Assembly (NCBI GenBank): GCA_028873095.1
Contig: JAGWMU010000001.1
Span: 1 to 53,529 of the forward strand
Length of the DNA: 53,529 nucleotides
Direction: 5' to 3'
Source of the DNA: Pseudomonadota bacterium
GTDB taxonomy: Bacteria; Pseudomonadota; Gammaproteobacteria; Xanthomonadales; Rhodanobacteraceae
Shown: positions 19,377 to 28,880 of the stretch, piece by piece
Position numbering within the stretch: position 1 is the stretch's first letter
Layout of the letters: every line of letters begins with the position of its first letter
Made by a program: the position numbers and the translations under genes
Notes under the pieces: generated by a model
The model's database searches: none
The model's input: only the letters and a program-made list of their open reading frames with translations
Told to the model about the DNA's origin: nothing

Positions 19377-20645
19377 ATGAGCAGCGCTGCCACCGCCACC
19401 GGTTTTCGCAACGACAACGGCATCGGTGCGCTGTTCGAGGACGTCTACCTGCTCGACGGCCGACGCACGCCGTTCGGCAAGTTCTGCGGCACGCTGTCCA
19501 CGGTCTCGCCCACCGACCTGGGCATCCATGCCGCACGCGCCGCGATCGCCGCGGCCGGGGTCGATGCGCTCGCGGTCGACCAGAGCATCGTGGCCAATAT
19601 CGGCCAGGCCAGCGCCGACGCCTTCTTCCTGCCACGCCACATCGCGCTGTATGCCGGCACTCCGGAGCAGCGCCCGGCCCTGCTGGTGCAGCGCATCTGC
19701 GGTTCCGGCCTCGAGGTGCTGGCGCAAGCCGGCGAGCAGATCGCGCTGGGCAAGGCGCAGCTGGTGCTGGCGGTCGGCACCGACACCATGAGCCGCTTCC
19801 CGCTGGTCTCCTATTCGGCGCGGCAGGGATTCGCACTGGGCCGGCCGGAGTTCACCGACCTGCTGTGGGAGGCGCTGGACGACACCGCCTCGGTACCGAT
19901 GGGCCGCACCGCCGACAACCTTGCCGAACGCTATGGGATCAGCCGCGCCGAGGTCGACGGCTTCGCCCTGGCCAGCCAGCAGCGCTACGCGGCGGCGCGG
20001 GCACGGGATTTCTTCGCCGGCGAACTGACGGCGCTGCCGGGGCAAGGCAGCTTCGAGCGCGAGGGGCTGAAGACGCGCCGGTTCCGCTGCAAGAGCAAAG
20101 CCGGCCTGGGCGAGGACGAGCATCCGCGCGAAACCGGCGCCGAGCAGCTCGCTGCGCTGGCGCCCGTGTTCAGCGAGGCCGGGCCGACCACGGCCGGCTC
20201 CGCGTCCGGCATCGTCGATGGCGCCGCGGCCTTGTTGGTGGCCTCGGGCGAGTTCGTGCGGGCGCACGGCCTGCGGCCGATGGCCCGGCTGCGCGGCCAT
20301 GCCGCGGTCGGCGTGGCGCCCGCCTACATGGGCATCGGTCCGGCGCCGGCGATCCGCGCCCTGCTCGGCGCCGCCGGGATGAATCTCGGCGATATTGGCC
20401 GCTTCGAGATCAACGAGGCCTTTGCCGCCCAGTGCCTGGCGGTGGCGCGCGAGCTGGGGATCGCGCACGAACGCCTCAATGTCAACGGCGGCGCCATCGC
20501 CGTCGGCCACCCGCTCGGCGCGACCGGCCTGCGCCTGGCACTGACCTTGATGCGCACCCTGCAGCGCGACGATGCCGGCCTCGGCATCGCCTCGGCCTGC
20601 ATCGGCGGAGGCCAGGGCGTCGCCCTGCTGCTCGAAAGATGCTGA
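19377..20645 (+). CDS. acetyl-CoA C-acyltransferase (thiolase) 1
   Basis: RTPFG, QRICGSG, EINEAFA, GHPLGATG, ACIGGGQG. Confidence 0.93.
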   Translation: MSSAATATGFRNDNGIGALFEDVYLLDGRRTPFGKFCGTLSTVSPTDLGIHAARAAIAAAGVDALAVDQSIVANIGQASADAFFLPRHIALYAGTPEQRPALLVQRICGSGLEVLAQAGEQIALGKAQLVLAVGTDTMSRFPLVSYSARQGFALGRPEFTDLLWEALDDTASVPMGRTADNLAERYGISRAEVDGFALASQQRYAAARARDFFAGELTALPGQGSFEREGLKTRRFRCKSKAGLGEDEHPRETGAEQLAALAPVFSEAGPTTAGSASGIVDGAAALLVASGEFVRAHGLRPMARLRGHAAVGVAPAYMGIGPAPAIRALLGAAGMNLGDIGRFEINEAFAAQCLAVARELGIAHERLNVNGGAIAVGHPLGATGLRLALTLMRTLQRDDAGLGIASACIGGGQGVALLLERC

Positions 20646-21397
20646 ACCGCCTCGACCAACGGGTGGCTTTGGTGACCGGCGCCGGCCGCGGCATCGGCGC
20701 GGCGATCGCCCGCCGGCTGGCCGGGGAAGGCGCCTCGCTGGTGCTGGTCGATCGCGATGCCGGCGCACTCTCGGCGCTGGCGCAAGCGATGCAGGCGGCG
20801 GGTCAGCCGGCGCTGCCGCTGGTGGCCGACGTCACCGACCGCGTCCAGGTCGAAGGCCTGATGGCCCAGGTCGGCGAAGCCTTCGGCAGGCTCGACATCC
20901 TGGTCAACAACGCCGGCATCATCCGCGACGGCTTGCTCGCCGGGCTCAGCGACGCCGACTGGGACCAGGTGCTGGCCGTCAACCTGAAAGGCCCGTTCCT
21001 GTGCTGCCAGGCCGCCTTGCCGTGGCTGCGCCGACGCGAGCGCAGCAACATCGTCAACATTGCCTCGCGTGCCTGGCTCGGCAATATCGGCCAGGCCAAC
21101 TACGCGGCCAGCAAGGGCGGCGTGGTCAGCCTGACGCGCACGCTGGCGCTGGAGCTGGCGCGCTACCGGATCAACGTCAACGCGGTGGCGCCGGGGCTGA
21201 TCGACACACCGATGACCCAGGCCATGCCGGCGGCCGCGCGCGAACGCCTGCTGCGCATGCAGCCCACCGGCGAGATGGGCAGCACCGACGACATCGCCGC
21301 CGCGGTCGCGTTTCTCGCCGGCCCCGACTCGCGTTTCATCACCGGACAGGTGCTGCACGTCGACGGCGGCAAAAGCTGCGGGCTGCTGGCGCTGTAG
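20639..21397 (+). CDS. SDR family oxidoreductase (FabG-like; candidate 3-hydroxypimeloyl-CoA dehydrogenase)
   Basis: TGAGRGIG, NNAG, YAASK, APGLIDT, ITGQVLHVDGG. Confidence 0.88.
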   Translation: MLNRLDQRVALVTGAGRGIGAAIARRLAGEGASLVLVDRDAGALSALAQAMQAAGQPALPLVADVTDRVQVEGLMAQVGEAFGRLDILVNNAGIIRDGLLAGLSDADWDQVLAVNLKGPFLCCQAALPWLRRRERSNIVNIASRAWLGNIGQANYAASKGGVVSLTRTLALELARYRINVNAVAPGLIDTPMTQAMPAAARERLLRMQPTGEMGSTDDIAAAVAFLAGPDSRFITGQVLHVDGGKSCGLLAL

Positions 21398-21399
21398 CG

Positions 21400-22581
21400 A
21401 TGACCAGCTCGCGCGCCAGTTCGCCCATCGCTTCCGGTTTCGGCACCGGCGCCCGCCTGGTGGCGGCACGGCGCACGCCGCTCGGGCGCAGCCATGCGGA
21501 CCAGGGCGCGCTGCGCGGCTGGCGCGCCGACGAATTGCTGGCGCAGCTGATCCGCGAGGTCGTCCGCGCGCTGCCTGAGCCGGCCGCGCTCGACGACGTG
21601 CTGATCGGTTGCGTCGGCCAGCATCTGGAGCAGGGCAAGAACATCGCCCGCCTGGCGGCGTTGCTGGCAGGACTGCCGCACAGCGTGCCCGGCGTCACCT
21701 TCAACCGGCTGTGCGCATCGAGCCTGGAAGCGTTCAACAGCGCCGCGACCCGGATCGCCGGCGGCGATGCCGATCTGCTGCTGGCCGGCGGGGTCGAACA
21801 CATGCAGCATGTGCCGATGGCCGCGGCGACCGACTACCACCCGGCGCTGCTGGCGCGGCCGCCGTTTCCGTTCAACAACATGGGGCTGGCCGCCGAGTGG
21901 CTGGCCACGCGCGACGGCATCGACCGCGCGGCGCAGGACGAATGGGCGCTGACCAGCCATCGTCGCGCGGTGGCCGCGCAGCGCGCCGGCCGCTTCGACG
22001 CCGAGCTGCTGGCGCTGGAACGGGACGGCGTGCGCATCGACGCCGACCAGTTGCCGCGGGCCGATGCCAGCCTGCAGGCGCTATCCGCGCTCAAACCCGC
22101 GTTCAAGGCCGACGGCAGTGTCACCGCCGGCAACGCCTCGCCGCTCAGCGATGGCGCCAGCCTGACATTGCTGGCTTCGGCAAACGCCTGCGCGCGCTTC
22201 GACCTCGCCGCGCGCGCCGAAGTGTTGGGCGCGGCGGTCATCGGCACCGCGCCGGAGGCGATGGGCACCGGCCCGGTGCTGGCGATCCGCCGCCTGCTCG
22301 AACGCTTCGGCCTGGCCGTCGCGGACATCGACCGCTTCGAAATCAACGAGGCGTTCGCGGCGCAACTGCTGTCGAACCTGCGCGGGCTCGACCTCGACCC
22401 CGGCCGCGTCAACCGCTGGGGCGGCGCGATCGCCCTGGGCCATCCGCTGGGCGCCACCGGCACCCGCCTGATCACCACCTTGCTGCACGGCCTGGAGGCC
22501 GACGACGGCGAGTTCGGCGTCGCTGCGCTGTGTGTCGGCCACGGCCAGGGCGTCGCCACCCTCATTCGGAGATTGCGCTGA
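21400..22581 (+). CDS. acetyl-CoA C-acyltransferase (thiolase) 2, FadA-like
   Basis: GCVGQHLEQGKNIAR, NRLCASS, GGVEHMQHVPM, INEAFA, GHPLGATG, LCVGHGQG. Confidence 0.92.
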   Translation: MTSSRASSPIASGFGTGARLVAARRTPLGRSHADQGALRGWRADELLAQLIREVVRALPEPAALDDVLIGCVGQHLEQGKNIARLAALLAGLPHSVPGVTFNRLCASSLEAFNSAATRIAGGDADLLLAGGVEHMQHVPMAAATDYHPALLARPPFPFNNMGLAAEWLATRDGIDRAAQDEWALTSHRRAVAAQRAGRFDAELLALERDGVRIDADQLPRADASLQALSALKPAFKADGSVTAGNASPLSDGASLTLLASANACARFDLAARAEVLGAAVIGTAPEAMGTGPVLAIRRLLERFGLAVADIDRFEINEAFAAQLLSNLRGLDLDPGRVNRWGGAIALGHPLGATGTRLITTLLHGLEADDGEFGVAALCVGHGQGVATLIRRLR

Positions 22582-23099
22582 TGAACAGCGGCATCGACGG
22601 CGCACAACCGGACGCGGGAGCGGTGCGCCTGCTCAGCCTTGCGGTCAACGGCCAGCGCCAGCAGCGCGCGGTGGCGCCAGACATCACCCTGCTCGATTTC
22701 CTGCGAGAGCAACTGGGCCTGACCGGCAGCAAACGCGGCTGCGACCTTGGCGAGTGCGGCTGCTGCGCGGTGCTGGTCGATGGCCGGCCGATGCTGTCCT
22801 GCCTGCTGCCGGCGGCCGACCTCGAACACAGCGCGATCACCACGATCGAGGGGATTGCCGCGGGCACCGCGCTGCACCCGCTGCAGCAGGCAATGATCGA
22901 TGAGGGTGCGGTGCAATGCGGCTATTGCACCCCGGCGATGGTAATCAACGGCGTGCACCTGTTCGCCAGCGAGCCGCGCCCCGATGCGGAAGCGATCCGC
23001 ACCTGCATCTCGGCCACCAGCTGTCGCTGCACCGGCTACAACCGCATCGTGCAGGCATTCGAGCGCACCGCCGAGCGCTTCGCGGAGGAGCAGCCGTGA
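22581..23099 (+). CDS. hcrC: 4-hydroxybenzoyl-CoA reductase gamma subunit (2x[2Fe-2S])
   Basis: GSKRGCDLGECGCCAVLVDG...SC and QCGYCTP...CRCTGY; C-A-B order next to bcr genes. Confidence 0.85.
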   Translation: MNSGIDGAQPDAGAVRLLSLAVNGQRQQRAVAPDITLLDFLREQLGLTGSKRGCDLGECGCCAVLVDGRPMLSCLLPAADLEHSAITTIEGIAAGTALHPLQQAMIDEGAVQCGYCTPAMVINGVHLFASEPRPDAEAIRTCISATSCRCTGYNRIVQAFERTAERFAEEQP

Positions 23100-25480
23100 A
23101 CGCCTACCGCATCGTCGGCACGCCGCAGCCGCAGATCGACGCCCGCGACAAGGTCACCGGACGGGCGCGCTACACCGACGACATTCGGCTGCCGAACTGC
23201 CTGCACGCGGCCATCCTGCGTTCGCCGCACGCCAGCGCGCGGATCCGTGCGATCGATACCGCGCGCGCCATCGCGCTGCCCGGCGTCCGGGCGGTACTGA
23301 CCGGCGCCGATTTCGAGCGCACCTTCGGCGTGCTGCCGATCAGCAAGGACGAGCCGGCGCTGGCGCGCGAGCGGGTGCGTTACGTCGGCGAGCCGGTCGC
23401 CGCGGTGGCGGCGGAGACCGCTGCGCTCGCCGCCGCCGCGCTGGCGCTGATCGCGGTGGACTACCTGCCGACGACGCCGGTGCTGGACGTCCGCCAGGCG
23501 CTCAGGCCCACCGATGATCCGCTGCACCCCGAGCTGTCGCACGACAACAATCTGCACAAGCAGGTCGAACAGTGCTTCGGCGATCCCGAGGCCGGTTTCG
23601 CGCAGGCCAGCGTCGTGTTCGAGAAGCGCTTCAGCTTCCCCAGCGTCACCCATGCCTTCACCGAGCCGCACGCCGTGCAGGTGGAAATCGATGGCCGCGG
23701 CAACCTCACCGTCTACAGCGCCACCCAGGTTCCGCATTACGTGCACCTGGCGCTGGCGCAAGTGCTGGATATCGACGAGCACCGCGTGCGGGTGATCAAA
23801 CCCCACCTCGGCGGCGGCTTCGGCGGCAAGAGCGACCCGTTCCCGCACGAGATGATCGCGGCCAGGCTGGCGCTGGTCACCGGCCGCAACGTGCGCCTGC
23901 GCTTCTCGCGCGAAGACGTGTTTTTCAGCCACCACGGCCGCCATCCGACCCAGCTGACGATGAAGCTGGGCTTTCACCCCGGGCGCGGCATCACCGCCCT
24001 GACCGGCGATTTCCTGATCGACGGCGGCGCCTACGGCAGCTTCGGCGTGGTCACCACCTACTACAACGGCGTGCTGCTGCAAGGCCCTTATCCGGTGCCG
24101 AACTTCGCCTTCCGCTGCCGCCGCATGTACACCAACAAGCCGATGTGCGGCGCCATGCGCGGCCACGGCGGCGTCAATCCGCGCTTCGCCTCCGAGGTGC
24201 TGATGGACATGGCGCTGGTCCAGTCCGGGCTCGATCCATGCCAGGCGCGCATCGACCTGATCCACCGCGAGAACACGCTCACCATCAACGAATTCCGGAT
24301 CACCTCGGTCGGCCTCAAGCGCGGCCTGGAAGAGGCCATGCGCCGCAGCGACTGGCGCGACAAATACGGCAAGCTGCCGTACGGCAAGGGCATCGGCGTC
24401 GCCTGCGGCTTCTTCATCAGCGGCAGCGCGCTGCCGATCCACCGCAACCGGCGGCCCGCCAGCACGGTGCGGCTGACGCTCGAATTCGACGGCGCCGTGA
24501 CCGTGTATTCGGGTGCGGCCGACATCGGCCAGGGCAGCGACACCGTGCTGGCGATGATGGCCGCCGAAGTGCTGGGCGTGGACCTGGGCCAGGTCAAGGT
24601 GGTGGCGGCCGATACCCGGCTGACCCCGGTGGATCTCGGCAGTTACAGCTCGCGCGTGACGTTCATGGCCGGCAACGCGGCCCGCAACGCGGCGATCCGC
24701 ATGCGCCGCCTGCTGGTCGCGGCGGCCTGCCGGCTGCTCGAACTGCCCGCGCCCGAGTATCGCGCACCGGCCCCGCCGGAAGACCGTTTCCGCCAAGGCG
24801 GGCGTTCGCCGGATTTCGACGCCGACTTCCTCGGCGCCAACCCCGACTACGACGACGGCTTCGAGTTTGCCGACGGCCGCATCCGTCATCTCGGCAGCGG
24901 CCGGGAAACCGGGTTCCTCGCCGCCGTGCATGCGGCGATCGAAGGTCCGGGCGTCCTGCAGACGGTCGGCAACTACCGGCCGCCCAAACTCGGCGGCAGC
25001 TTCAAGGGGGCCGGCGCCGGCCTGTCGCCGGCGTACAGTTTCACCGCCTTCATCGTCGAGGTCAGCGTCGACCCGGACACCGGCTTCGTGAAAGTGGACA
25101 AGGCCACCTGTGCGCACGACTGCGGCTTCGCGCTGAACCCGCTGGCGGTACGCGGGCAGATCGAGGGCTGCTTCCACATGGGCATGGGCCAGGCACTGAT
25201 GGAGGAAGTGCTGCACGACAACGGCGCGGTGCAAAACGCCGGCTTTCTCGAGTACAAGATCCCCTCGCCGTTCGAACAGCCCGAAATCGACCTCGTGCCC
25301 TCGACCAGCGACGAGAGCGAGGGTCCGTTCGGCGCCAAGGAGGCCGGCGAGGGGCCGCTGGCGCCGGTGATCCCGGCGATCGCCAATGCGATCTTCGATG
25401 CGGTCGGCGTGCGCCTGTTCGAGCTGCCGCTGCGCCCCGACCGGGTGCTGGCGGCCATGCGCAAGGCCACGGCCCGATGA
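23096..25480 (+). CDS. hcrA: 4-hydroxybenzoyl-CoA reductase alpha subunit (molybdopterin-binding, xanthine oxidase family)
   Basis: KVTGRARYTDD, TQVPHY, GGGFGGK, HHGRH, GAMRGHG, DIGQGS, DLGSYSSRVTFM, GPFGAKEAGEG; GTG start. Confidence 0.85.
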   Translation: MNAYRIVGTPQPQIDARDKVTGRARYTDDIRLPNCLHAAILRSPHASARIRAIDTARAIALPGVRAVLTGADFERTFGVLPISKDEPALARERVRYVGEPVAAVAAETAALAAAALALIAVDYLPTTPVLDVRQALRPTDDPLHPELSHDNNLHKQVEQCFGDPEAGFAQASVVFEKRFSFPSVTHAFTEPHAVQVEIDGRGNLTVYSATQVPHYVHLALAQVLDIDEHRVRVIKPHLGGGFGGKSDPFPHEMIAARLALVTGRNVRLRFSREDVFFSHHGRHPTQLTMKLGFHPGRGITALTGDFLIDGGAYGSFGVVTTYYNGVLLQGPYPVPNFAFRCRRMYTNKPMCGAMRGHGGVNPRFASEVLMDMALVQSGLDPCQARIDLIHRENTLTINEFRITSVGLKRGLEEAMRRSDWRDKYGKLPYGKGIGVACGFFISGSALPIHRNRRPASTVRLTLEFDGAVTVYSGAADIGQGSDTVLAMMAAEVLGVDLGQVKVVAADTRLTPVDLGSYSSRVTFMAGNAARNAAIRMRRLLVAAACRLLELPAPEYRAPAPPEDRFRQGGRSPDFDADFLGANPDYDDGFEFADGRIRHLGSGRETGFLAAVHAAIEGPGVLQTVGNYRPPKLGGSFKGAGAGLSPAYSFTAFIVEVSVDPDTGFVKVDKATCAHDCGFALNPLAVRGQIEGCFHMGMGQALMEEVLHDNGAVQNAGFLEYKIPSPFEQPEIDLVPSTSDESEGPFGAKEAGEGPLAPVIPAIANAIFDAVGVRLFELPLRPDRVLAAMRKATAR

Positions 25481-26484
25481 ACGCCCCTCCGGCCCGCTTC
25501 GCGTTCGAGCGCCCGGCCAGCCTGGCGGAACTGGTCGCCCGGCTCGCCCGGCTGTCCGCGGACGGCGGCGACTATGCGCTCGCCGCCGGCGCCACCGACC
25601 TGATGCCGCAGATCAAGCGGGGGGTGAAAACACCGGCGCGGCTGATCTCGCTCAACGGCGTGCCGGAACTGGCGGGCGTGCAGGCACGTGCCGACGGCAG
25701 CCACCGACTCGGCGCCCTCACCCGGCTTGCCGACCTGGCCGGCGACGCACGACTGCGCCAGCACTATCCGGCCCTGTGCGCGGCCGCCGGCCGCGTCGCC
25801 AGCCCGCCGATCCGCCAGCGCGCCAGCCTCGGCGGCAACCTGCTGGTCGACAACCGCTGCATCCACATCAACCAGAGCGCGCTCAACCGCGCCGTCCACG
25901 GCACCTGCTTCAAGGCGGGCGGTGAGACATGCCCCCTGGTCAAATCGGCGGTGCGCGGCAGGCTTCCGCAATGCCAGGCACGCTTCGTGTCCGATACCGC
26001 GCCGGTACTGTTGCTGCTCGATGCGGTGCTGCAGCTGGTCTCGCCGCGTGGCGAACGGCAGCTGCCGCTGAGCCAGTTCTACCGCGACGACGGCATGCAG
26101 CGCCACGTGCTGGCCAGCGACGAGGTATTGGTCGCCATCGAACTGCCGGCCGCGGACGGCCTGCGCATCGATTACGACAAGTTGACGATTCGCCGGGCGC
26201 TGGATTTCCCCTCGCTGGGCGTGGCCCTGGGCGTGCGCGCGGACAGCGGCGGCACGCTCGGCGAGCTGTCGCTGGCGCTGACCGGCATCGGCACCCATCC
26301 CGGCTGCTGGCGCTTCGCCGCCGCCGCGTACGACAACGCCAACGCCATGCTCGACGCGGCCTGCGCCGCCGCGCGCGAATCGGCCACCACCTATCAGCAG
26401 GACTTCTTTCCACGTGATTACCGCAAGCGCATGATCGATGTGTTCATCCGCAAGGCCGCGCAACGGCTGGGAGTCGCCCGATGA
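25477..26484 (+). CDS. hcrB: 4-hydroxybenzoyl-CoA reductase beta subunit (FAD plus [4Fe-4S] insert)
   Basis: AGATDL, VASPPIRQRASLGGNL, four-Cys insert C-x15-C-x7-C-x13-C (25858-25974), RRALDFP. Confidence 0.85.
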   Translation: MNAPPARFAFERPASLAELVARLARLSADGGDYALAAGATDLMPQIKRGVKTPARLISLNGVPELAGVQARADGSHRLGALTRLADLAGDARLRQHYPALCAAAGRVASPPIRQRASLGGNLLVDNRCIHINQSALNRAVHGTCFKAGGETCPLVKSAVRGRLPQCQARFVSDTAPVLLLLDAVLQLVSPRGERQLPLSQFYRDDGMQRHVLASDEVLVAIELPAADGLRIDYDKLTIRRALDFPSLGVALGVRADSGGTLGELSLALTGIGTHPGCWRFAAAAYDNANAMLDAACAAARESATTYQQDFFPRDYRKRMIDVFIRKAAQRLGVAR

Positions 26485-27710
26485 ATCCGAGTACGGTGGA
26501 CGTGGGCACGGCCGCGGTGGCCGCCGCCGACGCAAAGCAGGTCATGCGCGACTACTTCGCCGATCTGGGCGCGGCCGCCAAGGACCCTGCGCGCAAAGTC
26601 GCCTGGTGCACCTCGGTAGGTCCGGCCGAGATCCTGCGGGCGATGGGCTTCGAGGTCTACTTTCCGGAAAACCACGGCGCCCTGCTCGGCGCCACCCGGG
26701 TGTCCGCCGAGACCATCCCGGTCGCCAACGCACAGGGCTACTCGCCGGAAATCTGCAGCTACCTCACTTCCGATATCGGCGCCTGCCTGAAGGGCGTGAC
26801 GCCGCTGAGCAAGGCCTATGGCCTGGACGGCGTGCCGCGCCCGGATGTGCTGGTGTACTGCACCAACCAGTGCAAGGACGTGATGCACTGGTTCGCCTGG
26901 TACGCGCGGCGATGGAACGTGCCGTTGCTCGGCATCCACCCGCCGAACCACCTGCCGGAAGTGCTGCCCGAGCACATCGCCGACGTCGCTTCCCAGTTCC
27001 GGCGGCTGATCGCGCAGCTCGAAGCCATCACCGGCACGCCGCTCGATCCCGAAGCGCTGCGCCTGGCCGTGGCCCGCTCGCGCGAGGCCACCGACCTGTG
27101 GGAAAGCGTGCTCGATACCGCGCGCACCCGGCCGGCGCCGCTGAGCTTTTTCGACGGCACGATCCTGATGGGCCCGATCGTGGTGCTGCGCGGTACGCAG
27201 ATCGCCACCGACTACTACCGGACGCTGCTGGCCGAACTCGAAGCCAAGGTTGCCGCCGGGCACGCGGCGGTGCCGGGCGAGCGCCTGCGCATTTATTGGG
27301 AGGGCATGCCGGTCTGGGGCCGGCTGCGGCAGCTGTCCGACCTGTTCGCGGGCAATCGCGCCACGGTGGTCGCCTCGACCTACTGCAATTCCTGGATCTT
27401 CTCCGACTTCGATCCTGCACAGCCGCTGGAAAGCATGGCGCGGGCTTACCTGAAGATCTTCATCAATCGGGACGACGCCTACAAGGAGAACTACATCGAG
27501 CGGCTGGCCGGCGAATTCGGCATCGACGGCGTGGTCTACCACGCGGCCCGCACCTGCCCGAACAACAGCAACAGCGCCTACAACCTGCCGCAGCGGCTGG
27601 CGGCGAAGGGCATACCCGGCATCGTCATCGATGGCGACCTGTGCGACCTGCGCTGTTTTTCCGACGGGCAGAGCACCACCCTGATCGAGGCCTTCCTGGA
27701 AACGCTATGA
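26481..27710 (+). CDS. 2-hydroxyacyl-CoA dehydratase alpha-type subunit (HgdA/FldB/HadB family)
   Basis: WCTSVGPAE, FPENH, GYSPEICSY, PDVLVYCTNQC, RTC, DGDLCD; three cluster-ligand Cys motifs. Confidence 0.85.
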   Translation: MNPSTVDVGTAAVAAADAKQVMRDYFADLGAAAKDPARKVAWCTSVGPAEILRAMGFEVYFPENHGALLGATRVSAETIPVANAQGYSPEICSYLTSDIGACLKGVTPLSKAYGLDGVPRPDVLVYCTNQCKDVMHWFAWYARRWNVPLLGIHPPNHLPEVLPEHIADVASQFRRLIAQLEAITGTPLDPEALRLAVARSREATDLWESVLDTARTRPAPLSFFDGTILMGPIVVLRGTQIATDYYRTLLAELEAKVAAGHAAVPGERLRIYWEGMPVWGRLRQLSDLFAGNRATVVASTYCNSWIFSDFDPAQPLESMARAYLKIFINRDDAYKENYIERLAGEFGIDGVVYHAARTCPNNSNSAYNLPQRLAAKGIPGIVIDGDLCDLRCFSDGQSTTLIEAFLETL

Positions 27711-28612
27711 ACACCGCCACCGACCCCGCGCGTTCCGGCAGCGACGCCACGGTCCGCACCGAGGTGTTCTGGGGCGTGGACTGCGGCAGCGCCGAGATCA
27801 AGGTCGCCGCGATCGACCGCGAAGGACGGCTGCTGACCACCCGCAGGTGCCGCACCCTGTTTCCGCTGGTCGAGCACGTGCACCGCAGCCTGGCCGGTCA
27901 CGGCGACGAGCTCTCGGCGATCCTCGACAGCGACCGTGCCGAACTTCCTCCCGACGGCCGGCAGCCGAGCCTGCGCCCCGGCCACAAGGTGTTCGCCACC
28001 GGCTACGGACGTCACCACCTCGGCTTCGTGCAGGGCCAGCTGACCGAGATCAAGTCGCATTATCTGGGCGTGCAACACCAGCTCCGGCTGCAGCAGGATT
28101 ACACCATCATCGACATCGGCGGCCAGGACGCCAAGGTGATCCGCGCCACGCCGGGCCGGGTCGAGAAGTTTGCGATCAACCGCAAGTGTGCGGCCGGCAC
28201 CGGTTCCTTCATCGAGGAACTGGCGCACCGGCTGGAAGTGCCGATGCACGAGCTGCCGCGCCTTGCCGCCGGGCACGACAAGGACCTCACCCTCAACAGC
28301 TATTGCACGGTGTTCTCCGGGCAGGAAGTGATCAAGCTGCTGATGCAGGGCGAGCGGGTCGAGAACCTGATCCACGCCATGTATCGATCGGTGGTCAAGC
28401 GGGTGCTGGAAATGACCGCGATCGATACCGACACCCTGGTGTTTTCCGGCGGCGTGATGAACCACCACCCCATTCTGATGCCGCTGTTCGCCGAGCGCTT
28501 CGGCACGGTGCGCACCATTCTCGCTCCCAACGCGCAGTTCTGCGGCGCGCTGGGTGCGGCGATCCATGGCTTGAACGAGGAGAGCGACGATGGCCTACCG
28601 AATCACCAGTGA
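27707..28612 (+). CDS. CoA-substrate-specific enzyme activase (HgdC/FldI/HadI-type ATPase)
   Basis: GVDCGS, ATGYGR, DIGGQDAK, NRKCAAGTG, NSYCTVF, SGGV, GALGAA. Confidence 0.9.
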   Translation: MNTATDPARSGSDATVRTEVFWGVDCGSAEIKVAAIDREGRLLTTRRCRTLFPLVEHVHRSLAGHGDELSAILDSDRAELPPDGRQPSLRPGHKVFATGYGRHHLGFVQGQLTEIKSHYLGVQHQLRLQQDYTIIDIGGQDAKVIRATPGRVEKFAINRKCAAGTGSFIEELAHRLEVPMHELPRLAAGHDKDLTLNSYCTVFSGQEVIKLLMQGERVENLIHAMYRSVVKRVLEMTAIDTDTLVFSGGVMNHHPILMPLFAERFGTVRTILAPNAQFCGALGAAIHGLNEESDDGLPNHQ

Positions 28613-28880
28613 CTGCAACCTGTGCGATGCCTGCGTAACCGAATGCCCGAACGAGGCGATCACCGCCGGCGCCGGCATCTACACCATCGACCCCGCCAAA
28701 TGCACCGAGTGCGTGGGCTTTTTCGACGAAGCGCAATGCGCGGCGGTGTGCCCCCAGGAATGCTGCGGACCCGACCCCGACCGGGTCGAGTCCGAAGCGG
28801 CCTTGCTCGCGCGTGCGCGTCGGCTGAATCCCGAGGAGGATTTTTCCGGCGACGTGCCCTCGCACTTTTCCAGCAAATGA
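28590..28880 (+). CDS. fdx: 2[4Fe-4S] ferredoxin (YfhL/Allochromatium type)
   Basis: CNLCDACVTECP and CTECVGFFDEAQCAAVCP; GAGGAG RBS. Confidence 0.92.
   Translation: MAYRITSDCNLCDACVTECPNEAITAGAGIYTIDPAKCTECVGFFDEAQCAAVCPQECCGPDPDRVESEAALLARARRLNPEEDFSGDVPSHFSSK

Noticed and set aside
26481-28612. A second complete benzoyl-CoA reductase
   Set aside because: Only one HgdA/B-family subunit and one ATPase are present; class I reductases need four subunits.
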